Shown here piece after piece: positions 1-12,220 of a stretch of DNA of 64,000 nucleotides. How positions within the stretch are numbered: position 1 is the stretch's first letter; every line of letters begins with the position of its first letter. The notes under the pieces were generated by a model that saw nothing but the letters and a program-made list of their open reading frames with translations, made no database searches and had not been told where the DNA came from. Source of the stretch: Camelus dromedarius (Eukaryota); contig NC_087436.1 of NCBI RefSeq assembly GCF_036321535.1, positions 61,692,001 to 61,756,000 on the forward strand, written 5' to 3'. The translations under genes and the position numbers were made by a program.

Positions 1-41
1 CTTCTTAATCTTACAGGTGAAGTTAAATGATGTACCACAAT

Positions 42-197
42 GGGGAGGGTGTAGCTCAGTGGTAGAGTGCATGCCTAGCATGCACAAGGTCCTGGGTTTA
101 ATTCCCAGTACCTTTGTTAAAAAAAAAATTGATAAATAAACCTAATTACTGCCCCCTCTTCAAAAAATTTAAAAAAAATAAGCAAAGTAACTTAAAA
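42..197 (+). mobile_element. tRNA-Ala-derived SINE (camelid Vic-1 type)
   Basis: GGGGAGGGTGTAGCTCAGTGGTAGAG (A box), AGC anticodon loop, GGGTTTAATTCCC (degenerate B box), then AAATAAACCTAATTAC..CCCCC and an A-rich tail; a second related copy lies at 4614. Confidence 0.9.
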
Positions 198-2129
198 AAA
201 TGACATGCCATGGATTACAAAAGAAAATTGAAATTCCATGGCAACTTTTTATTGTTATGAATAGATGTCCTCAGTATCTTTTACTAGGTCTCATCTATGA
301 AGGAGACTTACAAAATATTATACACTCACTCTTTATGCATTAATTAGTGTGCATTTATTGGTATCGTTTGGATATGATATTTGTATGATGGTAAATAAAT
401 GATGTCTTTCTCTGGTAGAGAAGAGGGTACCAGTAATCATTTCATCTTGTTTCTTGACCTTTCATGTGATGGGGGATGACTAAGGCCTTACTTCTTCATA
501 AGAACAATTACCCATATGCACTTGGAATGCACTTCTGTAAACAGTGCAGTCAGAAACATGCATAGTGAAAAGCAAAATCTTTTAATTGAAGAGAAGTGGG
601 TTAGGAAAAGTCCTTTTCATGTGCCATCTATTGAAGAACCCATTTGAGAATGTCTTAGTGGTTTGGAAGCAATTTATAACACTTGAGGTATGTTGGGCCA
701 ATATTTGGAGACTGACTGTTGGTTGCAATTAGATTCACAAGTGCGAAGTTCATGTGGAATCCAAGGGGATGGTGAAATAGGTAAGCTAATCTCTGTTTCT
801 AATGTCAAGTATAAGAAATGGATAAACAATATAAAAAAAATTCAATAGTATCCCAATCAGCTATCAGTATTGAATTTGGAATGTCATTCAAGACTTTCCG
901 TGGTTTGGAATCTATTTCCCTTTATACCTTGTCTTTTATCATTCTGATTAATTCCCTCTTGCTTTAACCTAACTGTGCAATCCCAAAATGTGCCCTGTAC
1001 TTTATATCTCTAATTCTTTTGTTGTTACTTTCCTCTTGAAAAACTTTCCCACATCTCTGCATGGCAGAATGCACCTTCTCCACAATTGGTTCCAAGAAGT
1101 CCCAACTTTAAAAATATCAGTTTGCCTTAGGTTAAAATTTGCAAATAGTCTTTTAAAAAATCTTGATTATGTGGACAGTATATTTCCTATTTGTGTTGCA
1201 CTATCTGATTTGACAGTAGTTTTAATGAAGATGCTAAAATGGAGAAGAATTGGCTTTTGGAATGACAGAGATAATTATCTTGTTTAAACAAACATATGCA
1301 CAATAACATCACAACTTCTGTGTTGTTGAATGCTTGGTTTGAAGATTAATTTTGTTGTCAAGGCATTAAACTTTTTTTGTAATTTAAGACAAGTTAGGTA
1401 CTGGCTTTTGAATCTGAAGTGTCTGTTGAAATTGTTACGTAGAAATAACCTCTAAATCCACCCCCCAACTTTTTTTTTACAAGTTGATGTTTCTTTGTTC
1501 TTTCTTTATTGTGTTTTAATTGGTTATTTCTTATGGCAAAGTAATTTCAGATATTTTGTAGTTGTTCCTCATATGCAACAGAATGTACCAACTGTGGAAA
1601 CAAATAGATCCAGCCCTTTTAGGATAGAACAGATATTGTGAAACCTCAGTGGTCAAAGACCTGATGACTAACTGTGCCAGTATTGGAATAATAACTGCTG
1701 TAATTTATTAAATCTATTTCAAAATATGTATATGAGTATATACAAAAGTCAACTTTACATTGTATAATGAATACATTAATATGAATGAGTGAAGAGATTA
1801 TTGGATAAAATCTCAATTTATCTATCCAAAATGTTTACCTTAAAAATGAGACTGGGAATTGTCATTGGACAAAGGGAATTGCTGATGTTGGCCAAAGTTC
1901 ATGTTATATTCAACAAGACTGCTTTCATGGAAAACAACTGAACCATCAATCAAAAATCATGTCAGAATGTGGGATACAGTATAAATTTAGACATACATGA
2001 TAATATGAATTGGGGTGGGAGTAATACATGCCTGAGAAGAAAATATAGATGTCACAGACACACATGCACAGCTCCTCTAGGTTTTCTATAACATAAAAGT
2101 GGTTCTCTATATTTTCCTGATCCAGAATA

Positions 2130-2660
2130 AATGTATAGGAACAATTTTGACCTGTTAATGGTGGATTAAATGTGGGATATAGTTTTCTTACAAAGCATGA
2201 AGACAAGAAATAGGCTGTTGTTGGTGCTAGTTCTCAATTCACTGGGCTGACACCTGTGTGATTATCTTGGCTTTCTTATCATGGTCAGAAGATGGCTTAC
2301 CATCTCCAATCATCACATTCTCACAGCGTTACCAAAGACAGGAAACAGGAGAAGAGGTGATCTGAGTAAACTCTCCTTATGTATCTGTTATTTTAATTAA
2401 GGAACAAGAGCTTTTCTACACTGCAGAATACTTACCCTACTGTTACATTGGCCAGAAAAATGATTGGGTTGGGTCATCTCTTTCTGCAAATAAGAAGCTG
2501 TAAAAATTAGTGTCTGCAAAAAGAGGACAGAATGTTTATGACTGGCTTAAACCAATTATGATTTTCCCTTGGGGCGAATCACTATGCAATCTCAAAAAAA
2601 AATATATTACCAAGTAAAAAGCAGCAGAAAATAGCTATTGGACAAAATCTAACACTTTCT
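2130..2660 (-). mobile_element. MaLR LTR remnant (MLT1J/K/L-like)
   Basis: ATGGTCAGAAGATGGCT...CATCACATT and CATTGGCCAGAA motifs resemble reverse-complemented old MLT1 LTRs; highly diverged. Confidence 0.6.
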
Positions 2661-2921
2661 ATGACAAAATTATAACCAGAAAAACTAGCTATTGTGTACA
2701 GTAGCCAAATCTTTGAAAGATTTTATCTTGAATCAATTAATAAACAAAAATATTCATGTCCAGCAAGAACTATATAATGAATATGATTTGGAGGGCAATG
2801 TGATATTCAGATAGCTAAAGATTTCCCAGTAATTTTCTCTTAATTTTTGTTATTTTACTTTTAAATTATCATTTAATTTATTTAAATAAGAACAAAAAAC
2901 AAAACAAAACAAAAAAAACAT

Positions 2922-3165
2922 ACAAAACCAGTTTACTCATTTCTCCCACCCCTATACCCTGCCTTTTACAACTACCAATCTATTTTTTGTATCTAATAAC
3001 CTTGGCTTTGTTTTGTTTTGTTTTTAGATTTCGCATATAAGAGATTATACAGTATTTGTCTGACTTACTTCACTTCGCATAATGCTCTTGAGGTTCATCT
3101 ATGTTGTTGCAAGTGGTACAATTTTCTTCTTTTTATGGCTAAATAATATTCTATTGTGTATATAT
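2922..3165 (-). mobile_element. L1 ORF2 C-terminus and proximal 3'UTR (L1MA/L1MB-like)
   Basis: Reverse strand encodes a degraded ORF2 end (IYTIEYYLAIK..., MNLKSIMRSEVSQT), followed by the G-rich 3'UTR segment. Confidence 0.85.
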
Positions 3166-3615
3166 TAACTGGTTATTGTAATCATAGTTATTTTTACAAT
3201 TTTTGTCTTTCAACCATCATACTAGCTTTATAAGTAATTAATTATGTATTATGCATTTACTTCTCCAATGAGATTTATTATTTTATATATGTTCTTGTTA
3301 CCAATTAATGCCCTTTTCTTTTCAGCTTGAAGAAGTCCCCTTAACATTTCTTGTAATGCTGGTTTACTGGTCATGAACTTCTTTAGTTTTTGCTAGTCTG
3401 GAAAACTATCTTCAATTCTGGATGTTGAATTTGCTGTGTAGAGTATTCTTTGTTGAAAGTTTTTTCTTTCTTTCTTTTTTTTCTTTTAGCACTTTGAAAA
3501 TATCATTCCACTCCACCTGGCCTGCAAAATTCATGTGTAAAAATCTGCTGACAGTGCTATGTGGGTTCTCTTGTATGAAACAAGTTGCTTTTCTCTTGCT
3601 GCTCTTAATATTCCT
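3166..3615 (-). mobile_element. L1 ORF1 C-terminal half and inter-ORF spacer
   Basis: Reverse strand reads approximately ILRAAREKQLVSYKRTHIALSADF..LQAR, matching L1 ORF1p (KILKAAREK..TYKG.PIRLSADFS.ETLQAR); contains stops and frameshifts. Confidence 0.85.
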
Positions 3616-4613
3616 AAGTTTTTAGAAAAAAAACCATGTTTTTAATTTTTTTTTTGATATTCAAGTTTGTAAAGGAAAAAACCTGAGATACTTTTGTTGT
3701 CATTTGGCTAGACAAAAGAGCTTTTATAGGACGACGTTATTTTGATGATACAAGTTTGGGGGCTTGGCAAGCATGTAAGCTGGGTTTCGTCAGTCAATAT
3801 GGAGATGGTTAGATATTCTTTTTTAATTTACTAGAGACACACTTATACTCCAGGATGCCAAATTATTTCTCTACAATGATACATTTCTTTCCTTTTTTTT
3901 TTTTTTATAAAAATACAATGTGCATCCTCTGATATAAAAGTTCATTCTTCATATAAATGTAACTGGGCATCTAAATTTAATTATAACAATGTTTGGTACA
4001 AATTGAATTATGAAGGCAAACAGTTGTGAGTGATACTATTTACAGATCAGGGAAGAGTCTGTAATATCTGCCTCTCAGCAGAGCATGTCTCACTAGCAAC
4101 TAACTGGGTTCTTTGTGTCTCTGGAGATGCATTTTAAAGGGTTTAAATGTTGATGCACATGAATTATCAAAGCTTGTATTAGGACTTGCTTTTTCCTTAT
4201 TCCCATTGCTGATATTTCAGTCTTTCCTTAGCTATGTAATATTATTGACTAAACTAGTTGAACAGTTTGATCCCATTAGTATAGAAGATATTCCTTCTCT
4301 TTCATTTTATATTGTACCAATCAGTGTAAATGTTACAGGGTAATTTTAATTTTTTTATCTTTATATTCTTGCAGATCAACTTACTTTTTTTTTACAGACA
4401 TAGTCACACACATGCACACAGACAACACACACACCTATGGTTGAAGAATGAGAGGCTTGGGGACAATTTAGAGAAAAGATTGAAAATGGGAAAGAAATGA
4501 GAACTCTAGGGCTACAACTAATAAAAAATAAGGAAAATAAGGGCCACTCAGTTAATACTTGGCCAGAGAAACAATGTGAGCTACATAATGAGAGTGATCA
4601 TTGAAAGTGAATG

Positions 4614-4750
4614 GATATAGCTGAAGTGGTAGAGCTCATGCTTAGCATGCATGAAGTCCTGGGTTCAATCCCCAGTACCGCCTCTAAAAATAAATAAATA
4701 AACCTAGTTACCTCCCCATCCCCCCAAAAAAACCTTTAAAAAAAGAAGAA
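4614..4750 (+). mobile_element. tRNA-Ala-derived SINE (Vic-1 type), slightly 5'-truncated
   Basis: TAGCTGAAGTGGTAGAGC..GCTTAGCATGCA..GGGTTCAATCCCCAGTACC plus the same tail as the copy at 42; perfect 10-bp TSD AAAGTGAATG at 4604-4613 and 4751-4760. Confidence 0.93.
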
Positions 4751-5454
4751 AAAGTGAATGAAGTTTGTGAATAAGAACTAGAGGTAACTTGAGGTTGCGA
4801 AGAGAAAACAAACAATAGATTGTATGGCATGAATTAAGTCTTTCTGGCAATGTGGCATTGAAAGAGTTAAATAAGTTCCAATTGCATTTTTCTTTCTATT
4901 GGCAGAAAAGAGGTTAAGACATGGGGATAGAAGACAGCAGAGTGGGGAAATTGCATTTGACTAAAATTTATCATTAAATAACAATCAAATATGTTTTATA
5001 AATCCTTATTTTTGGTGATACATTTATTGAGAAAATAGCCCAGATTTAGTCCCACTGGGGTTGGGAATTGGTAAAAATTAGAGTCATAACATAGAATCTT
5101 ATACAAACCATAGTTCATTGCAAAAAGCTCAGAGGATACAGGTTTCAGCAAAGGATAAAGGGATGTATCTGGCTGGAGTTGTTCAGTTAGTGCTGCAGTT
5201 TTTCTCAGTTCCATTAAGAAAAAGATGCTCAAGTGATAGCAATGAGTGCCACCTTCACCCAGGTGGGATCTACTATGCTAAGAATTTCTGAATGAAGGCT
5301 TTCTGAACCTAGGTACCCACATCATCCCACATCCACATCACTGAGAACTTTAGCAAAATCTTGTGTAGTTGTAAAAGCAGCTGTGGTAAGCCATGCCACT
5401 CACATCTAATTTTGAGGTTCTAGGTTGAATCTCTTACTTTGCCATCAATTCTAT

Positions 5455-5938
5455 TGTTGCCAGAGAATAGGTACATGTCTCGCACAGGAAAGAATTCAAG
5501 AGCAAGCCATAGTAAAGTGAAAGTAGATTTATTCAGGGAGATACATATTTGATAGACAGGTTGTGGGCCATCTCAGAAAGCAAGAGAGGCCACCCAGGGT
5601 ATGGGCTTGTTAGTTTTTATAAGCTGGGTAATTTCATATGTGAGCAAGTGGGAGGATTGTTCCACCTGTTTTGGTGAAGGGGCAAGGATTTCCAGGAATT
5701 GGGCACCCACTCAATTTTTAGACTTTTATAGTCCACCTAGGAGCTGTCATAGCACCTGTGGGTGTGTCATTTAGCATGCTAATGTATTACAATGAGCCTA
5801 TAATGAGGCTCAAATTCTACTGGAAGTTGAATCTTCTGCCATCTTGGGCTGAGTTGGTTCTAATCAGCTTATGTCCTATCCTCAATTGCTGCATCATTCT
5901 TTTAATGATTGTGCTCTGCCTTCTTCCCTCCTGTCTCA
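5455..5938 (-). mobile_element. ERV1 solo LTR, MER41-like
   Basis: TG...CA termini; 4-bp TSD CTAT/CCAT; minus-strand TATAAAA (5615-5621) and AATAAA (5528-5533); reverse strand CTCATTAT..CATTAGCATGCTAAA.GACAC.CCCAC..GTGCTATGACA resembles the MER41 consensus as I recall it. Confidence 0.88.
5690..5698. promoter_or_regulatory. GAS (STAT-binding) motif TTCCAGGAA inside MER41-like LTR
   Basis: Exact TTCN3GAA match; degenerate partner TTTGGTGAA at 5670-5678. Function untested. Confidence 0.5.
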
Positions 5939-8294
5939 CCATGTTGCTATATTTTTGCCCTGGATTATATAATAATGACCAGATCCTGCTCAATATATTA
6001 AAACAACATAAAAATGACCAGTTATGGGAAAAACTTCTTTTCCTCCTTTCTTGTGCAAAAAGTCAGTGGAGAGGGTGCTGGGGACACCAAGCACAGTAGG
6101 TCTGTTACCCTCTTTTACCTAATGTCACCTTTTCCAATCTCAAGCACTTAAATTAGTCACCATTACCAGAGCCACAATGAATCTGAGAGATGGGAATCAA
6201 TACAAAGAGCATTAGAAAGAACTGAAAAATAAGACAGATGTGGTGAAAGCCATGTTTTAATTTTTATTACTTTCCAGTTAAATTTAAAGAAATCAATTTT
6301 GGGAAACAGATTAAGAACTGGAAAAGCAGATAGGCTTGATCCTGTGTCTCCACTTTCTTCAGTTGTTTGCAGCACCTGTGCTGAAATTAATTAGTGTCTC
6401 TCTGGATTTTTATTTTTATGTTTTAATTTAATGATTCAGATTATTTTTCTACATAAATACGTGAAAAAAAGTAGTTCCTACTATTTTTTTTTTTGTTAAA
6501 TTGAGAACTACTATATTCATATAAAGATCAAATGTGAAAGATGGAGGAATCTTCATCTTCAGGGCTGTTTATTAATTCTTTCTCACATATTTTGTCTTGC
6601 ATATTGCTCCCACCCAATGTGGTTAACTCTGCTATGATTTTCAGTTTAAAGCTGAGAATACAAAATCCAGAGAAAGCATGTGACTACCTATGGTCACTAC
6701 TTTATAAGTAACATGGATGTGACTTGGATCAGGTACTCTAATTTTAAAGATTGCTTTCTTTCTGCAATACTACCATATCATTATATCCACTTTAGTAACC
6801 TGAGTGGCTCATTCTAATATGTTTCATTTACTGTAGAGATCTTTAGCAAGGAAGTTACAGGGATACTGTGGAAGGTTGATTATGAAAAACTTTCTATCTC
6901 TATAGGGTCTCCAGTACATATAGATTCTCTTACTTTGCTACCAGGGCCATAGCACCAGCTCTAGTGTATGTGAAGTCAGTGACGCTGTCACTCTGAAGAG
7001 GCCTTCTGGTACTTGGCCAACTAAATGTCGGTATGGCTCTGCTTTCAAATCTTGAAATTTATTTGTTCCATTCTGAAAACATGTGAATGTTCAATTTAAG
7101 AAAAATGTAGAGGCATCTTGCTCAGAAAACATATCCTGTGAAAAAAACAAACTTTTTTTTTAACCAGAGGAGGCTTAGAATTTAGTTTTCCACTTAAAGA
7201 AATGTTTTAACATTACACATGATAAAAAAAATAGAGATAGAAGCAATACACACTTAGCAAGGAGGGTGTGGAAACATGAGGCATGAAGCATCTGTTAGTC
7301 TCTCAATTCAAGTGACGGATACAACATCTAAAAAAAGGTTTTGTGAGATTAGTGTGAAAACCTTGAAAATAAAGAGCCTAGAAGTTGAAACACGTTCTTT
7401 GTCTGCAGGTAATGGCACAGAGGGCTTATGAGGCCTCCACCTATTTCATTGCATAATTTTGCCACACCACTATTAAGATGAATTGTGCATTATTAACCAC
7501 AAGTAACTGATAATTCCTTTTACAATTTTGTTTTAAAAGTAACTATTCTAAAATCTTATCCAGTTCTTATGCCATCATTAATTCTCAGGATAAAGCTTAA
7601 TAAAATAATTTTGAGCTTAATTTATAGGCAATAGCAACGTGATTCAGATTTGCTTCTTATGTATTATTTTTGCTGGAGGCTATTATTTTGGATAGAACAA
7701 AGATATGCGTATTGAAATATAGATCTTTGGCCTTGTAAGAGACTTACTGCATCAGCAAGTCTGGAATAAGGTCTAAAATCTAGAGTCTTAAGAATCTTGC
7801 TAAATGATTGTTGTAGGCATACAGGTATGGGAACATCTACATTATGCAGGCCACTCTTGATAGTAACTAGATTCTGAAAAAAATATGCTATTGTTTAGCA
7901 GCAAGGATATTTTATTTTAACGGCTTTATGTTTTGTTGGAAATATGACTGGGTATAAGACCATGTAAGAAGCACTGTGGTAGTGAGAAAAGACAATGAGT
8001 AAATGAAAGAAAATTTTAAAGATTGGGTGTCTTAGGGATGTTTAGTTTCTGAATCTGATATTTAGTTTTTAGTTTTTGTAGTTATGAAAGCATTTTTAAA
8101 TTTAAATATTGCAGGAAAAATAACTTTTTTTTTTCTGGTCTGAATTTCCCTGGCTCTTAATTCCTTTTTTCTCTCACTAGTTTTATTAGAAAATGAATAC
8201 AACTAAACGGTTATGTTAATATTTTGATTTTGTTTTGTGTTCTCTTAGGAACTCTTACGTTGTAGTAAAGCAGGCTGTGTGCCACTTTATTTAA

Positions 8295-8445
8295 TACTCA
8301 CACCTATGAGATATCTATTATTATTCTCATTTCATAGATGAATGAGCAGAGCCTCAAAGAGGTTAATTACCTTGACCAAAATCACACAGAAAATAAGTGG
8401 TAAAGCCAACAATGATTTCGGGATGCCTGACTCAAAGTCCAAGGA
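8295..8445 (-). mobile_element. MIR SINE
   Basis: CATTTCATAGATGAA..GAGGTTAATTACCTTGACCAAAATCACACAG..AAGTGG is the reverse-complement MIR core. Confidence 0.8.
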
Positions 8446-9799
8446 ACTTTTTGAATTTTCCATAACATTGTGCTACTCACCTTAAAGAGTGTACTTTGTT
8501 GTTTCTTTTTAAAATGGACATTCTAGTCTTCCGTGCCCCATAAGCAACATGAAAATCCACAAATGGTATTCTTTAAAATGAATCTGGCCGAATGGTTTGA
8601 TGGTAGTACTCTTTTAAATAGAAATTCTAAGAGCAAGCTCATGTGTGTGTGTGTGTCCATGTGTGTCCTTTGCTGCAGCGTGAATGAGGTATGGTCATGC
8701 TATGAGCAATATTTGTCTAACTGGGCAAATAATTTTCCCATTCTGTCACCTTATACTCTTCCCCTCATGATGTGTTCATATCTTTTACTGCAACTTTCCA
8801 AATGGAAAGTGCATGATGTCAGGCGAGTTGTACAAGCATGCTTTTTCCATTTTAAAAGCGTATGTGGAAGTCTGCAAGAAATCAGCCACAGACTACCAAA
8901 ATTTTCTCATATTTGAGCCTTCTGCACTATTCCAATTAAAGTGGATCTTTCTCTCCACCATAGGAATTGTACTGTATAACTGATTACCAAGCACATCATG
9001 TAAACGGCTCTTAGAAACTGCAAACAGCCCATTATGGAGAATGTACATTATTAACAAAGGTCATATTAGAATCTCACCCTGGTAACTAATCGCGTCAAGT
9101 GTACAGTACATCAATAGGTACATAGACTAGGAAGCAGTGTTTTCCAATTAAGTGAATCAGTTTGACCTTCTGAACTATAAATAAACTGCAGCAACAGCTC
9201 CTGATTAGGCTTAAGGACTCTGACTTCCATGGCAAACAAATGCCTCAGAACTTAAGCATACTTAGAAAGTTAATCCTGTAAAGAGTCAATGAACAGATTT
9301 AAAGTTTCAGCATTAAAGCCTTGGACCTGAGTTTCCTCAAATTTCTGCAGTGCAGGCAGAATAGGAATGTATCCCTCTGAATAGATAAACAAGCCCTGAA
9401 TTAGCTTTTACCCTCTCTCGGGATAACTAATTTAACAGAAGTAAACCCATTTTCAAAACAGAATAAAAATATTTGCTTCACTAAGTATTTTGCTTAGCAA
9501 ATAAAGTGTTTGCTTCCCCAAGTCATGGCCTGGCCGGGCTACATGAATAAGAGCAATTAACTATACTCAGTGGGAAGTTAAAATACTTGTTAAAAAACAG
9601 ATTTTGACCCTTGTTTATTTTTATCTGATGTCTATTCTAGAACTAATCAACACTCATTCATCTGATTTAGATCAAAAGTTGAAATCCAATCCAGTTCTTT
9701 AATTTAAAAACATTAAACTTAGTAGGTATATAGGGCTGACACTGACTCACCTTCGAGGGATGGTATACTTGCATTGTTTTTCTAATGTTAGTATGGATT

Positions 9800-9892
9800 T
9801 CCATAACCTTTGTAGGCCTCCGTTTTATCATCTGTAAAATGAAGGCCTTGGACTAGATAAGATTTAAGCCTCTCTAGCTAAAACGTCTATGT
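9800..9892 (+). mobile_element. MIR3/MIRc fragment
   Basis: GCCTCCGTTTTATCATCTGTAAAATGAAGG..TTGGACTAGAT core and MIR3-type 3' end. Confidence 0.75.
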
Positions 9893-10595
9893 ATTTGTGG
9901 ACATACAGAGCTAACAAAAGTTCAGGCGTTGTTTAACCAGCCCAGATATGAGTGGTTAATTTTCAATATTTATGGTATTCACTGTCATTTTCATCATAAC
10001 ATACGGGAGGCAGATGATAAACCTGTAAGAATGTAAATTTCTGCAAATTTAAGAAATAATGGTTAGTATATTTTCCTAATAGGAAGATAAGAGATTTAAT
10101 AATTAGGAACACAAACTCATTTTACATAAAGATCATTTTAGAGTTTTTATATGAAACATTCAATTTCTGAGAACAGCTCTGAAGAGCTATGTGGGGTCTT
10201 TAAATAAATTAACAAATAAATATTTATTTATTTAAATTTAAATAAAAAGCCCTTTTTAGTGCTCTAGCTACTGATAGGTGATAATAGGGACTAGGTTTCT
10301 TCATACTGTTTCCTCTTTTATAGGAACACTGGAAACAGCAAACTAAACTTAGAAAACTCCCATATAAAATCTCATTGTTTAAACTTATAATCTCCTTACC
10401 TACTGAATTTAACAATTCCAAGTCGGGTGGAGGAGGCAAGAAACCATTTCCTTGAACTAAGGTTCAAGAGTATTTATTTTTCAGCTTTGAGAAGGGTTAA
10501 TGTGAGGCTGATCAGTTGTACAATAGGTGGTTTTGGAGACATACAAAATTGATCTCCATCACATGAAGTTAGAGATTCAATATTTCGTTTGACAT

Positions 10596-11086
10596 AAAAT
10601 GGTTCCTAACTTGTGGTAGTTCGACTTAAGGCTTTATAATGGTGCAAAAGCAATACACATTCAGTGGAAACTGTACTTAGAATTTTGATTTTTGAATTTT
10701 TATCTTTTCTGGAGGCCAGTGATACACAGTAGGATACTCTCTCGTGATGCTGTGCAGCGGTAGCAAGCTTCAGCTCCCAGTCAGCCACACGATCACAAGG
10801 GTGAACAAGTGATATGCTTACAACCATTCTGGACCCATATAACCGTTCCATTTTACACTTTCATACTGTTTTCAATCAATTAAATGAAGTATTCAACACT
10901 TTATTATAGAATAGGCTTTGCATTAGATGATTTTGCCCAACTGTAGAGTAATGTGAGTGTTTTGAGCACATTTAAGGTAGGCTAGGCTCAGCTATGATGT
11001 TCGGTAGGTTAGGTGTATTAAGTGCATTGTTGTCTTATAGTGGGTTTATTGGAACATAACCCTATGGTAAGCCAAGGAAAATCTTG
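10596..11086 (-). mobile_element. TcMar-Tigger non-autonomous DNA transposon (MER47/Tigger5 family)
   Basis: TTAAGGTAGGCTAGGCTCAGCTATGATGTTCGGTAGGTTAGGTGTATTAA and TTAGATGATTTTGCCCAACTGTAG match reverse-complement MER47; degenerate TIRs at both ends. Confidence 0.9.
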
Positions 11087-11594
11087 CAGTGTAATGGCTG
11101 GAAAATGAACTCATCATCTAATATTCTAGAGTGGAACGTTGGCTTTTGGTAAGATTTTTTCCTTAGAGTTTTGTACATATAAATACAAAATTACTTAGCA
11201 TGATGTGCATTGATGTCTGAAGTAAAATTATGAAGTGGGAAATATTTTTTTATTTTGTCCTCCATCTGTGTACATTTTCTGTCCTCAAGGACTCTTTCAT
11301 CCTCTATGTACTATCACCTTCCCATCTCAAAGAAAGGGATCTGACAGGTAGATTCACACAGACGCTCTTATGTCTTAATATATCATTCTTTCCAAAAATT
11401 ACATATATTTAATATACTATTAATATATTTAGGAGGGTTAGAGGATTAACTCATGTCTGAATCTCTATTAATAATATGTGACCTGAATACAGGAGATGTT
11501 TCTAATCACAAGGATCTTCTGGATGCTCTTCTTACTCTCTAATAGAGACAGGTGGCTATTCTTTCTTCTCACAAGCCTGTGAGAAGATGCTGAG

Positions 11595-11702
11595 ATAATG
11601 TAAGCTCATGAGGGTTAGCATTTTTATTCACTTCAATTACTACTTTTCCCCAGTATTTAGACACAGAGTAGACATTTAATACATACATATTGGTTTATGA
11701 AT
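11595..11702 (+). mobile_element. L2 3' end
   Basis: TGTAAGCTCATGAGGG...CCCCAGT..AGTAGACATTTAATA resembles the L2 terminal consensus. Confidence 0.6.
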
Positions 11703-11852
11703 TATCACTGTCTTTTACTACCAAAATTCAGGCATGTCAACTCAGGGCCAGTAGGGACTGCAGATATCTGTCTGTGAAGCTTATTATATTGGGAAGCCCA
11801 GATAAAAGTGGAAATTAGCTGCAGAACAGTAATGAAACGATGTGGTGGAAAC

Positions 11853-12220
11853 TGCTATGGGCTTTCCGAAATAATTTTCTCTTCCTCCTGAGCAGACAGC
11901 TAGACGACATCTCTCAGCCTCCCTTACACTTAGACGTGGCCATGTGGCTGGGTTTTAGCCACTTGAATGTGAGCTGAAGTGATTTGAAATACTGCCCGTA
12001 TTAGCTCATCAAAACTTCCTGTATTTTCTTTATACTTCCTCTTCCCCCATCTGCCAGCTGGAAAGGATCTTAACAGAACACTTCAGACCCTAGGGAAAGC
12101 TGGAAAGAGACTGGATGTTAAATGATAATGTGGAAGTCACCCTGACTGAACAGAACATCTATGTTGGATTTTGTGGGCGTGAAAGATAAATTTTTATTTT
12201 GCTAAGCTCTTACGGCTTTC
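11853..12220 (+). mobile_element. MaLR LTR (MLT1H/I/J-like)
   Basis: CAGCCTCCCTT..TTAG..GTGGCCATGTG.CTG..TT.AGCCA..TGAATGTGAG..GAAGTGAT is typical of MLT1. Confidence 0.75.

Noticed and set aside
42..113. tRNA-Ala(AGC) gene (also 4614-4683)
   Set aside because: Broken acceptor stem or truncated 5' end, A-rich SINE tail and target-site duplication show these are SINEs, not functional tRNA genes.
8533..8916. Longest ORF (127 aa)
   Set aside because: GTG start, includes a TG-repeat-derived stretch, no recognisable domain or exon structure.
10214..10246. Overlapping AT-only palindromes (e.g. TTTATTTAAATTTAAATAAA)
   Set aside because: Low-complexity A/T sequence where palindromes arise easily by chance.
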